A stretch of DNA of 64,000 bases, taken from positions 1,195 to 65,194 of the forward strand of contig CAYNQF010000001.1 in the NCBI GenBank assembly GCA_964399265.1, written 5' to 3'. The DNA comes from an uncultured bacterium. Its GTDB lineage: Bacteria; Joyebacterota; Joyebacteria; Joyebacterales; Joyebacteraceae. How positions within the stretch are numbered: position 1 is the stretch's first letter; the number at the start of each line of letters is the position of its first letter. Of this stretch, positions 49,023 through 58,431 are shown piece after piece. The notes beneath the pieces are model-generated. The model saw nothing but the letters and a program-made list of their open reading frames with translations. It was not told where the DNA came from and did no database searches. The position numbers were made by a program, and so were the translations under genes.

Positions 49023-49430
49023 TTGAGACGAAGACGACGCGACTACGATGATGACGTGGTGCACGAGATCAACGTGACGTCACTGGTCGACGTCACGATG
49101 ACGCTGCTTATCATCTTCATCATTGTGGCGCCGATGATAGAGCAGGGCATCGACATCAATCTGCCTTCGGCCGAACCGAAGCGGGTGGACGTGGCGGACG
49201 TGATCACGATATCGGTCACGGAGAACGAGCGCGTCTATCTGGAAGGACAGCGCGTGACCATGGAAGAGCTGGAGGATCGTCTGGCCAACATCAGAGCCGC
49301 GCGCGAGGACGTCGCGGTACTCATCAAGGCCGACTCAGACCTCCGATACGGCCGCGTGGTTGACGTGCTGAACACTGTGAGGAACGCGGGCATCTTCAAG
49401 CTGGCGATGGCCACGAAGCCGCCCGAGTAG
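49023..49430 (+). CDS. tolR: ExbD/TolR biopolymer transport protein
   Basis: RRRRR...EINVTSLVDVTMTLLIIF N-terminus. TTG 49023 after a GGGAGAGG RBS. Confidence 0.75.
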   Translation: MRRRRRDYDDDVVHEINVTSLVDVTMTLLIIFIIVAPMIEQGIDINLPSAEPKRVDVADVITISVTENERVYLEGQRVTMEELEDRLANIRAAREDVAVLIKADSDLRYGRVVDVLNTVRNAGIFKLAMATKPPE

Positions 49431-49444
49431 GCAGGACGGAAGCC

Positions 49445-50161
49445 ATGGGACGCGTCCTCTTCATATCGGCTCTGGTGCACGTCATCGTGCTGGTGGCGCT
49501 GCCGTTCATACCGGCGCTGTCGCGTCACTACGACGCCGCGCTCGACACCTACACCGTCGAGCTGGTCGACGTTCCGTCGCAGCCGGACGTGCCTCCGGCC
49601 GTGGAGGAACCCGCTCAGCAGGAAGCCGCGGTCGAGGAGCCCGCGCCGACCGAGGAGAAGGAAACGATCCCCGAGGAGCCGAAGGCCAAGCCGAAGCAGG
49701 TGGTGCTCAAGCCTCCCGCGGCCAAGCAGGAGAAGTCGTTGGAGGAGCGGCTCCAGGAGCGGCTCGGCGCACAGGACCGGAAGCGTCCGCAGGAGAGTCA
49801 GGAGCAGCCGAAGCCGAAGACGGAGTCCGCGCCGGCCCAGACGAGCACGGCGCGCGTGTCGGCGTCGCGATTCCCGTACGGCTGGTATCTGGCGGTCGTG
49901 CAGGGCAAGGTCAGCTCCAACTGGTCGCAGCCGAGCGCCAGGCTCATAGTCGAGGACTCGCTGACGACCTCGGTCGCGTTCACGATAGCCAGGGACGGTT
50001 CGGTGCGGGACGTCAGGGTCTCACGTTCCTCCGGACGGTCGACGGTGGACCAGTCGGCGGCCAAGGCCGTGCGAGACTCGGCGCCCTTCCCGCCGTTGCC
50101 CGACGACTACCGCGAGAACACGCTCCAAGTGACCATCGACTTCACTATATTGAAGGAGTAG
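49445..50161 (+). CDS. TonB_C-domain protein in TolA position (TolA/TonB-like energy transducer)
   Basis: N-terminal TM anchor, Pro/Glu/Lys-rich linker, and a C-terminal TonB-type domain (YPxxA...G.V.V.F.I...G.V). Confidence 0.65.
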   Translation: MGRVLFISALVHVIVLVALPFIPALSRHYDAALDTYTVELVDVPSQPDVPPAVEEPAQQEAAVEEPAPTEEKETIPEEPKAKPKQVVLKPPAAKQEKSLEERLQERLGAQDRKRPQESQEQPKPKTESAPAQTSTARVSASRFPYGWYLAVVQGKVSSNWSQPSARLIVEDSLTTSVAFTIARDGSVRDVRVSRSSGRSTVDQSAAKAVRDSAPFPPLPDDYRENTLQVTIDFTILKE

Positions 50162-50192
50162 CGATACTCCGCGGGTAGAGAGGAGCAACGAG

Positions 50193-51503
50193 TTGCTCTT
50201 GAGGATCCGATTCCTCGCCACGCTCACAGTTGCGGTCGCGCTCGCGGCGGTATTCACGCCGTCCGGCGTGAGCGCGCAGGGCGTCAGGCTTCACATCGAG
50301 AAGGGGTTCGGCGAGAAGGTCATCATAGCGGTCCCGCTCTTCGAGGGGACGGGGACCGGCGGGGCGAGCGCCGAGGGCGTGAGAGAGGTGCTCACCTTCG
50401 ACCTGGCCAACTCAGGTTATTTCGACGTGTTCGAGAACACCGAGTTCGTCGATGAGACGGAGGCCGACGACAGGCTGACCGGACGGATCGCCTTCCCGGA
50501 GTGGCTGGCCCTCGGGGCCGAGATCCTTGTGAAGGGCGAGTTCCATTCCGGCCTGTCGGAGTTCTGGCTCGAGGCCACGGTCTACGACCTCGGGCAGGGA
50601 AGGGCGATCTTCGGCCGCAGGTACGAGGGCGGACCGGACGAGTGGAGGGCGGCCGTTCACAAGCTGTCCGACGACATCATCAAGAGGCTGACGGGTGAGG
50701 ACGGCATCGCGCAGACCAGGATCGCTTTCGTGTCGAACGCTAGTGGCACGAAAGAGATCTACGTGATGGACTACGACGGAGGCGAGAGGCGCAGGATAAC
50801 GCGGGACAGCCAGATGGCGATCTACCCCGCGTGGTTCCCGAACGGTGAGCGCATTGCATACACGAACTTCAGGGGGTCGCGCCAGGAGATCGACGTGGTG
50901 GACGTCCGTTCGGGGGCGACGCAGAGGCTGACGTCGTTCCCGGGCCTCGACGCGTTCCCGGCCGTATCGCCCGATGGACGGGACATTCTGGCGACTCTGT
51001 CCCGCGACGGCAATCCTGAGATCTACAGGTTCAAGGCGGACGGGTCGGGGGCGAAGCGCCTGACCTACGGAAGGAGCACGGAGTCGTCACCCTGCTGGTC
51101 TCCCGACGGAAGGCGCGTGGCCTTCGTCTCGGACCGGTCCGGCAGCCCCCAGGTGTACGTCATGAGCTCGACCGGGGGCACGGCGGAACGCGTGACGTTC
51201 CAGGGTACCTACAACACGTCTCCCGACTGGTCTCCCAAGGGCAACCTGATCGCGTACACCTCGAGGATCGAGGGCGTCTTCCAGATCTGCACGGTGGACA
51301 TTGAGACGAAGGAAGTGGTCAGGCTCACGACTGGTCCGCAGCAGAAGGAGGACCCGACCTGGGCTCCCGACGGGAGGCACGTGGCCTACAGCGTGAAGTC
51401 TGGAGGCAAATCAGACCTCTATATGCTTGACATCTATGAGCAAGAACAGGTCAAATTGACGAGTGGCTCTGGGGACTACCTGAGCCCAGCTTGGTCTCAC
51501 TAG
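50193..51503 (+). CDS. tolB: Tol-Pal system beta-propeller protein TolB
   Basis: N-terminal TolB domain plus repeated WSPDG propeller blades. TTG start after AGAGGAG. Confidence 0.85.
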   Translation: MLLRIRFLATLTVAVALAAVFTPSGVSAQGVRLHIEKGFGEKVIIAVPLFEGTGTGGASAEGVREVLTFDLANSGYFDVFENTEFVDETEADDRLTGRIAFPEWLALGAEILVKGEFHSGLSEFWLEATVYDLGQGRAIFGRRYEGGPDEWRAAVHKLSDDIIKRLTGEDGIAQTRIAFVSNASGTKEIYVMDYDGGERRRITRDSQMAIYPAWFPNGERIAYTNFRGSRQEIDVVDVRSGATQRLTSFPGLDAFPAVSPDGRDILATLSRDGNPEIYRFKADGSGAKRLTYGRSTESSPCWSPDGRRVAFVSDRSGSPQVYVMSSTGGTAERVTFQGTYNTSPDWSPKGNLIAYTSRIEGVFQICTVDIETKEVVRLTTGPQQKEDPTWAPDGRHVAYSVKSGGKSDLYMLDIYEQEQVKLTSGSGDYLSPAWSH

Positions 51504-51533
51504 GACGAAGGACTTCTGTGGAGGAGGTTCCAG

Positions 51534-52064
51534 ATGCGGAGAGTCGCCGTTCTCATGCTTGCTGCGGTCCTCGTTGTCGGGGCGATGTTCCTGCTCCCCG
51601 GTTGCGCCGGGAAGAAGCCGGTCACGGAGACGATAACTGACGAAGGCATGTCAGAAGACGCGAGTGCCCTGACCGGCGAGGATCTGCCGCTCACGGACGC
51701 TGGCGACACCATCTACGTGGAGCCGCTTTCGTCCGCCTTCGAGAACATCCATTTCGACTTCGACAAGTACGACATCCGGCACAGCGATGAGGCGATACTG
51801 CAGGGCATAGCCGAGTGGCTCAAGGACAACGACAACGTCTCGCTGCTCATCGAGGGCAACTGCGACGAGCGCGGCACCAACGAGTACAACATGGCACTCG
51901 GCGAGCAGCGCGCACTCGCCGCCAGGCGCTATCTCGTTGGTCTCGGCATTCCTGCGGAGCGGATCACCACCATCAGCTACGGTGAGGAGCGTCCGCTCGA
52001 CCCGAGGAGCAACGAAGAGGCCTGGGCGAAGAACCGCAGGGACCACTTCACCGTCTCCGAGTAG
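51534..52064 (+). CDS. pal: peptidoglycan-associated lipoprotein (OmpA-family)
   Basis: Lipobox LLPGCAG. OmpA domain NxxLGxxRA (NMALGEQRALAARRYL). Confidence 0.85.
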   Translation: MRRVAVLMLAAVLVVGAMFLLPGCAGKKPVTETITDEGMSEDASALTGEDLPLTDAGDTIYVEPLSSAFENIHFDFDKYDIRHSDEAILQGIAEWLKDNDNVSLLIEGNCDERGTNEYNMALGEQRALAARRYLVGLGIPAERITTISYGEERPLDPRSNEEAWAKNRRDHFTVSE

Positions 52065-52147
52065 GCAAGCCAGGTGATCGCATCGCTCCGGCCGCACTTC
52101 CGCCCGGGATGCGCGTCGGAGCGGTGCGTTAGACGGAGGGACGACCA

Positions 52148-52801
52148 TTGAGACGAAGCTCCGGTTCGCGCAGGGGCGGTCCGTCCACCGGCTTCCGTTT
52201 CCCCGCGGGGCTCATTGTTCTTGCGATCGCGCTCATGGGCCTGACGCAGAGCGGGTGCGGCACGGGCGGTCTGGCGGTCAAGAAGGACGTCTGGGAAGCA
52301 CAGGACGATTTCGAGAGGCGGCAGGCCGGCCTGTCCGAGAAGGTGCTGCAGCTCGAAGGACGGATCACCGCGATCGAAGAGGAGATGCAGGTGCTCCGCC
52401 ACGCCATCGACGACCTCTCGAAGCGGCTTTCGGACGTCGACGGGGAGCTTTCTCGTGGTCTCGAGGCCATTCGCAACGGCCAGCAGCAGCTGGGCATAGA
52501 GCTCGAAGGCCGCATCCGCAACGTGGACCAGGAGCGAGCCAGCGATCGGGACGATGTCCTCGGGCGGTTCGAGATCATGCTGGAAGAAGTCACGGCGGAG
52601 AACAAGAGCCTCCGCCAGGACCTCGAGGCCCTGAGGTCGGCCGTGGCGACCGGCTACGCGCACACGGTCGAGCGCGGCGAGACGCTGGCCAGCATCGCGG
52701 CGAAGTACGGGGTGACGGTCCAGGAGATAGCGGCCGCGAACAACATCACGAACCCAAACCTCATCGCAGTCGGTCAGGAACTCATCATTCCGCAGCACTA
52801 G
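52148..52801 (+). CDS. coiled-coil lipoprotein with C-terminal LysM domain (CpoB/YbgF position)
   Basis: Lipobox LTQSGCG, a long coiled coil, and a LysM domain ([31 protein letters not shown]). TTG start after GGAGGGA. Confidence 0.6.
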   Translation: MRRSSGSRRGGPSTGFRFPAGLIVLAIALMGLTQSGCGTGGLAVKKDVWEAQDDFERRQAGLSEKVLQLEGRITAIEEEMQVLRHAIDDLSKRLSDVDGELSRGLEAIRNGQQQLGIELEGRIRNVDQERASDRDDVLGRFEIMLEEVTAENKSLRQDLEALRSAVATGYAHTVERGETLASIAAKYGVTVQEIAAANNITNPNLIAVGQELIIPQH

Positions 52802-52844
52802 GCGGATCGGCCGGGACCGCGGGACATCGAACTCGAGATGAGAA

Positions 52845-52876
52845 GAAGGCCCTCCTCGGAGTCGGGGAGGGCCTTC
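52845..52876. terminator. bidirectional terminator: perfect 11-bp stem GAAGGCCCTCC / GGAGGGCCTTC, 10-nt loop
   Basis: Read directly from the sequence in the convergent gap between the LysM gene (+) and the 52905..53732 gene (-). Confidence 0.55.
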
Positions 52877-52904
52877 CTGTATGCAGTGTTGATCCGAGCC
52901 GCGG

Positions 52905-53732
52905 CTACGCCCGCGCGTCGCGCGTCGGGTCGAATTCGAACGTCGGGTCGACCTCGCGCAAGAGCCGCGCGCTCTCCGCCAGTCGGTCGCGGAGCCCCTC
53001 TTCGTGTGAGCTCATCCACGCGTGGTAGACGTCCAGGAACTCGTTTCTGCGCTCCTCGATCAGTTCCTCGCGGCGGATATCGTCGATCGAGCGTTCGAGG
53101 TGGAACAGCTCGCCCTCCGAGTAGCGCCGGATGAAGTTCAGGTACTGCCCGCGCATGTGCATGAGTATGGTCACGTAGCTCTCAATGCCCTCTGAGAGCT
53201 TAGCCAGAGTTTCAGTCATCGACGTAGTGCCGTGTCCGATCCTGGTGGCGTACGAGGACGCGAGCGCGTAGTAGCTCGCGGCCCTGGTGATGTAGACGGT
53301 CTTCGGAACGTGGAAGACGGAGCGGTGGTGGCAGTGGCGCTCGTCGAACACGTCGAAGACCGCGACCGACATGAGCAGATAGTCGCCGTTCGCCTTGTAT
53401 ATCTCGTACTTCTGGCGGTCGGTGTCGCAGTCGGCTATCATGCGGAAGAGATCGGAGTCGTCCAGACACACCAGTCGACCGGTGCGCATCAGATACTTCG
53501 GCTCGATGTGAGAGTTCAGAAGATGCGCGAGGTAGACGTTGACGTCCTCGTCGTAGAACTCCGTGTTGGACTCGAGCCCCGTCTGCACCCTTGAGTGCAG
53601 AAGGCAGTTCAGCATGAAGAAGTACGACGTCTGGACGTCGGCGTCGGTCTCGAGCTTTCTCAGAGGCCCGCGCCGTCCGGTGCTGCGCGGTGCGGAGACC
53701 TTGGTTGTTCCTCTAGTCCGGCGCTTGACCAT
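52905..53732 (-). CDS. hypothetical protein (no recognised domain; basic N-terminus; locally lower GC)
   Basis: Long ORF with coding-like composition rich in K/Y/F/N/I, unlike the antisense shadow ORFs. Bracketed by a terminator and a divergent AT-richer promoter region. Confidence 0.45.
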   Translation of the reverse strand: MVKRRTRGTTKVSAPRSTGRRGPLRKLETDADVQTSYFFMLNCLLHSRVQTGLESNTEFYDEDVNVYLAHLLNSHIEPKYLMRTGRLVCLDDSDLFRMIADCDTDRQKYEIYKANGDYLLMSVAVFDVFDERHCHHRSVFHVPKTVYITRAASYYALASSYATRIGHGTTSMTETLAKLSEGIESYVTILMHMRGQYLNFIRRYSEGELFHLERSIDDIRREELIEERRNEFLDVYHAWMSSHEEGLRDRLAESARLLREVDPTFEFDPTRDARA

Positions 53733-54064
53733 GCACGTCCTCTACTGGATGCGAAGCGATGCGGTTGACGACCCGAAAAAGCAAGTCCCGTGCCACGGCA
53801 ACGGCGGTGAACGATTCGCCAGTCACGAAGGCGGCCTCGCCGCCGGCATTGGAGCCGCCTCTCGAAAGGTCCCTTGCGACGGGGCTTCCAGGGCGGCATG
53901 CTTCGGGACCGGGGGTTTGTCAGTGCATGGACCGTGCGCAAACGAGAGGAGAGTCAGTTACTTCATGCTAAACTGTTGTGTCTGTGATTGCGTATCGTCA
54001 GACGTCTCCCGATGCCGCCGGGTCGTGCGGTGTGGCGGGGCGGGCAGCGGGACAGGAGGTCCAG

Positions 54065-54850
54065 ATGCGAGTGGCCGTGGTGCAGACGAGGCCCAAGTTC
54101 GGTGACGTTCCGGGGAACATGGAGAGGGCGATGTCGATGGTGCGGTCGGAGCGCGCGGACCTATACGTGCTGCCGGAGCTTTGTCTGTCGGGCTACGTCT
54201 TCGAGTCTCGTGACGAGGCGAGGAGACTGGCTCAAGAGCCCGGCGACCGGCTGTTCGACGGCGCGGCCGCGTTCTCAGCCGAAAGCGGGGCGGCCGTCGT
54301 GATGGGATTCGCCGAGGAGGACGGGGAGAGGCTCTACAACTCCTCGATCCTGCTGGCTCCGGATGGCAGGCGCATGGTCTACAGAAAGGTCCAGCTCTTC
54401 TGGGGTGAGAAGAAAGTCTTCGAGCCTGGGGATCGTCCACCGGAGGTGGTCGAGGCCGTCGGCGCCAGGCTCGGCATGATGATCTGCTTCGACTGGATAT
54501 TCCCCGAGGTTGCGCGCACGCTGGCTCTTGCCGGGGCTCAGATACTCTGCCACTCGGCCAATCTGGTGCTTCCGTACTGCCAGGAGGCAATGGTAACGAG
54601 GTGCCTTGAGAACCGGGTCTTCGCGGCCACCGCGAACCGCGTCGGCAGGGAGCGGCGAGCCGGTCAGGACCTCTCTTTCACGGGCATGTCCGAGGTCGTT
54701 GCTCCGGACGGCAAGATACTCGCGCGGGCCGGCGGCGACCGGGAGGAAGTGCTGGTCGTGGAGGTCGACCAGTCGAGGGCCGACGACAAGACCCTTACGC
54801 CAGCGAACGACCTGTTCGGGGACAGGCGGCCCGACCTCTACAGGCTCTGA
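54065..54850 (+). CDS. carbon-nitrogen hydrolase (nitrilase superfamily)
   Basis: Glu-Lys-Cys triad context: LPELCLSGY, YRKVQLF, MMICFD. Confidence 0.8.
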   Translation: MRVAVVQTRPKFGDVPGNMERAMSMVRSERADLYVLPELCLSGYVFESRDEARRLAQEPGDRLFDGAAAFSAESGAAVVMGFAEEDGERLYNSSILLAPDGRRMVYRKVQLFWGEKKVFEPGDRPPEVVEAVGARLGMMICFDWIFPEVARTLALAGAQILCHSANLVLPYCQEAMVTRCLENRVFAATANRVGRERRAGQDLSFTGMSEVVAPDGKILARAGGDREEVLVVEVDQSRADDKTLTPANDLFGDRRPDLYRL

Positions 54851-54952
54851 CCGGCCGCCGCAGGGCGGCCTTGCGGCCCACTGGCATGTTCCTTGCAGAA
54901 TTCCTGCGCCGACGGGGCATGCCTGATGTCCGCAGCCCTGTGAATCTGTCAT

Positions 54953-55948
54953 GTGTCGGCGCGCGATCAGGCGCGCGGAACGAGCGAGGTCCCTTTGCAG
55001 CGCTCCGGTCCCAGCATAGAGGTCAAGATCGTCCTCCTGGCGGCGTGCGTAGTGGTCGTTCAGGATCTCGTCCTGCTCGCGATGTACCTCGCGGGGGCGT
55101 CGGCAACGACCATCCAGGCGACGTTGGGCGCAGTGCTCGTCTTCGCGGTGGTGGTGGCGGCCGTGTGGGGCAACGCCGTCGCCCGGGCGATAAGGCGTCT
55201 CTCCAGGGCATGCTTCGTCGCCGATCGGGGCGACATCCACGTTCTCACGGAGCCGGACAGGACCGATGAGATCGGCGAGCTCAACGACGAGATCAACCGC
55301 CTCATCGTCTCGCTGCGATCCCTCAAGAGCGCCGAGTCCGAGCTGGCCTCGGCGAGCGCGGTCACGGAGGCCGCCACCGAGTCGGCTCCGGGCGCGCTCC
55401 ACGCGGCGCACGAGGTGGTGGTCGCGCTCAAGGAACTCAAGGAGGGCGCGGCAGCGGAGGCCGACATAATGAGGAGGGTCGCCGGCTCTCTCGGCGAGGC
55501 AAGGACCCTTCTCGAGCAGGTGGCGGGACACGTCGAGGGAGGCATGCGGGACGACGACATCGTGTCGAGGCTTCACGCGCTCGGAGGGGGAGCGCGCGAG
55601 GCGGAGCTGCTGGCTGACGCAGTGGTCGACGAGGCGGCCCGTGCCGACATCGACGAGATGGCCCTTGCGAGAGCGGTCAACGGGCTCCGGGCGTCCGTGC
55701 GGACGATCTCCGACGCGGCCGGTGACGCGGCAAGGCTGCTCGAGCAGAGAGCCGCGGACGCGCGCGCCGCGAGCAAGGCCCTGACGAGACTCGCGGAGGC
55801 GGAGTCCGGCAAGTCCGACGCCGCCCGCGTGGCGGAACTCATGAGCCGCAGCGCCTCCCAGGGGTTCAGCGAAGCGTCTCGGCTGGCCGCCTTGCTCCGC
55901 AGGCTCGGTCTCGTTCTGGAGGCGTACGAGCAGAAGCGCAGGCTCTGA
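54953..55948 (+). CDS. two-TM membrane protein with HAMP-like domain and Ala-rich coiled coil (no output domain)
   Basis: Two TM segments, a HAMP-like DEIGELNDEINRLIVSL, then low-complexity helical sequence. GTG start. Confidence 0.5.
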   Translation: MSARDQARGTSEVPLQRSGPSIEVKIVLLAACVVVVQDLVLLAMYLAGASATTIQATLGAVLVFAVVVAAVWGNAVARAIRRLSRACFVADRGDIHVLTEPDRTDEIGELNDEINRLIVSLRSLKSAESELASASAVTEAATESAPGALHAAHEVVVALKELKEGAAAEADIMRRVAGSLGEARTLLEQVAGHVEGGMRDDDIVSRLHALGGGAREAELLADAVVDEAARADIDEMALARAVNGLRASVRTISDAAGDAARLLEQRAADARAASKALTRLAEAESGKSDAARVAELMSRSASQGFSEASRLAALLRRLGLVLEAYEQKRRL

Positions 55949-56784
55949 GCGGAAGGACGGCCTCTACCGAAGTGCGGCGCCGGCCGCGTCGTCCGGCCGT
56001 ACACGATGTTCACACTCACGCGGGCCTCTTTGGGCCCGCTTTCTCGTTCTCAGGTGGGGACTCTGCTCCAAGACGTTGCGCACAGGTAACTTGTGCGCCC
56101 GGAGAGGACGAGGGGTCGCGGCCGGTGTGCCGTGGCACGACCGTTGCTCGACGACGCGCACGGATGTGCGTCTCGGAGGAGAGCGAAGGGCCGGCGGGCA
56201 CTACCGGCGTTTGCGGAGGCGCCGGGTCGGTTGTGCGGTGCGGTGAGGGGTGAGCCGGCCGGTTCTCGCTCCTCCATTCCGGAGGGAGCACGCGGGCCAT
56301 GAGCGGGGAAGACCTCGGTTTGGAGATGATAGAACGGTCCGCCGTCGCTGTGCTTCGACCGGGGCTGTCGGTCGCGGTCAGCGGCGATCGTGCCGGCATC
56401 GGGGCAGGCGAGGAGAGCGGACCGCCCGCTACGGCGACGGTCACCCTGACCGCTGGCCCCGGGATCGGGAAACGGGCGTCCCGACGGCTGCGGCTGACGC
56501 CGGGACGCCGCTCAGTCCTGCTCTCGCTGTCCCGGTGCCTCGCCGAGTGCGCGATGGATCTAGGACTCGGCGCGTCGGTCTGCCGCCCCGGCACGTCCCC
56601 GAGCACGGCATTCCTCGCGATGACAAGGGACTGGTCCGAGAGACAGCGCGGCCTCCGCGAGGCCGGCGCGAGAGCGTGGACCGAAACGCCTTGAGCGGCA
56701 CCTCCCCACGTGTGACAATGCGAGTTCCGCCGATCGCCGCGCGCGCAGACTACGGGGCCGCGCTTCTTCGACAGGGGGAACCGC

Positions 56785-58431
56785 ATGCCGGAACATCTGT
56801 CGTCGCTCACCGACCAGTACCTTTCCTTCATTGCAGAGCGCAGGCCGGTCGGCGCCACCTACCTTGGACTGCATACCAGAGACGGCGAACTCGGCGAATT
56901 CTCGCTCGACGCTCTCCGCGACGAGAGGGACATCCTGGACCGGTTGCTGAGCAGGCTGGAGGCGCTGGGTCTCGACCGCGCCGACACAGGAGACAGGGTC
57001 GACGCCACGGTTCTTCGCAACGCGCTCCGCTCGGCCATATTCCACCACGACGTGCTGAGATACCACGAGCTGGACCCCGGCTATTACGTGGGCGCCGCTC
57101 TCTACGGGTGCAACCAGCTTCTTATGCGTGACTTCGCGCCGCTAGGTGAGCGTGTGGAGTGCTTCGCGTCGAGGCTGCGCGAGGTGCCGGGCGTGCTCAA
57201 CGCGTGCGAGGACAATGTGAAGAGCCCGCCTTCCGTGTTCGCCACGGTCGCGGCGGAGATGGCTCGCGGTGGTGTTCGACTACTGAGCGAGGTGGTCCCG
57301 AGGCTGGGCGACGAAGTACCGGCGATGGCGACGGCTCTCGGGGAGGCAGCGTCGTCGGCGTCTGACGCCTTCGAGACGGCTGCCGCGCGTTTCGATGAGC
57401 AGGCCGAAGCGTCGGAGGTTCCGTTCAGCATAGGCCGCGAGGCGTACGACTGGATGTGCCGCGAGTTGCACCTTCTCGATCTTGACGCCGAGGACGTCCT
57501 GGAGATCGGGCGCGGAGCGGTCGACGACACGACACGGAGAGTGGAGGAGGTGGCCGCGGAGATAGATGCCTCCACCGGATGGCGCGAGGTCCTGGAGCGT
57601 CTGCAGAAGAACCATCCGGACGCGGAGGGTCTGAGAGACCACTACGCCTCCGAGATGGCGCGCGCACGCGAGTTCGTCCTGGAGCGCGGGCTCGTGACTA
57701 TACCCGAGGGCGAGTCTCTCGAGGTCGTCGACACGCCGACCTTCCTTCGCACCATACTGCCGTACGCGGCATACGGTCCTCCCGGGCCGTTCGAGAAGGA
57801 GCAACAGGGGTTCTTCTACGTCACGCCGGTCGACGCCTCGGCGAGCGCGGAGCAGCAGGAGCGCCAGCTGATGGGGCACTGGGTCGACAACATCCGCGTG
57901 ATAGCTCTCCACGAAGGATACCCCGGGCACCACGTGCAGCTCGTCCGCGCCAACGGCGTCGAGTCGGTGACACGGAGGCTCGCCGGCAGCAACCTGTTCA
58001 TCGAGGGATGGGCGCTGTACTGCGAGGAGATGATGCGTGAGGCCGGTTTCTTCGTCGACGCTCCCACGAGGCTTTGCCAGCTTGCCGCGACGCTCTGGAG
58101 GGCCGCTCGTATCGTCGTGGACGTCGGCCTGCAGTGTGGAGGAATGTCGCTGGACGAGGCGGCAGGCTACATGGTCTCACGCGCGGGACTGCGGCCCGAC
58201 AAGGCCGAGGCCGAGGTCAAGAGGTACGCGTCGCATCCTACGCAGCCCTCGAGCTACCTCCTGGGCAAGATGGCGATCATGTCGATCCGCGAGAGGTACG
58301 AATCCTCATTGGGCGCCGCGTTCGAACTCAGGGAATTTCACGACAGGCTCCTTGACCTTGGGAGCGTCCCGCCCAGGCTGGCCGAACTCGAACTGGGTCT
58401 GTCGGATCCGGCGACGGGAGGGCAGCCGTGA
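56785..58431 (+). CDS. DUF885-family protein (HEGYPGHH zinc-motif, peptidase-like)
   Basis: HEGYPGHH motif and family-typical N-terminal YLGLHTRDGEL. AGGGGGAA RBS. Confidence 0.75.
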   Translation: MPEHLSSLTDQYLSFIAERRPVGATYLGLHTRDGELGEFSLDALRDERDILDRLLSRLEALGLDRADTGDRVDATVLRNALRSAIFHHDVLRYHELDPGYYVGAALYGCNQLLMRDFAPLGERVECFASRLREVPGVLNACEDNVKSPPSVFATVAAEMARGGVRLLSEVVPRLGDEVPAMATALGEAASSASDAFETAAARFDEQAEASEVPFSIGREAYDWMCRELHLLDLDAEDVLEIGRGAVDDTTRRVEEVAAEIDASTGWREVLERLQKNHPDAEGLRDHYASEMARAREFVLERGLVTIPEGESLEVVDTPTFLRTILPYAAYGPPGPFEKEQQGFFYVTPVDASASAEQQERQLMGHWVDNIRVIALHEGYPGHHVQLVRANGVESVTRRLAGSNLFIEGWALYCEEMMREAGFFVDAPTRLCQLAATLWRAARIVVDVGLQCGGMSLDEAAGYMVSRAGLRPDKAEAEVKRYASHPTQPSSYLLGKMAIMSIRERYESSLGAAFELREFHDRLLDLGSVPPRLAELELGLSDPATGGQP

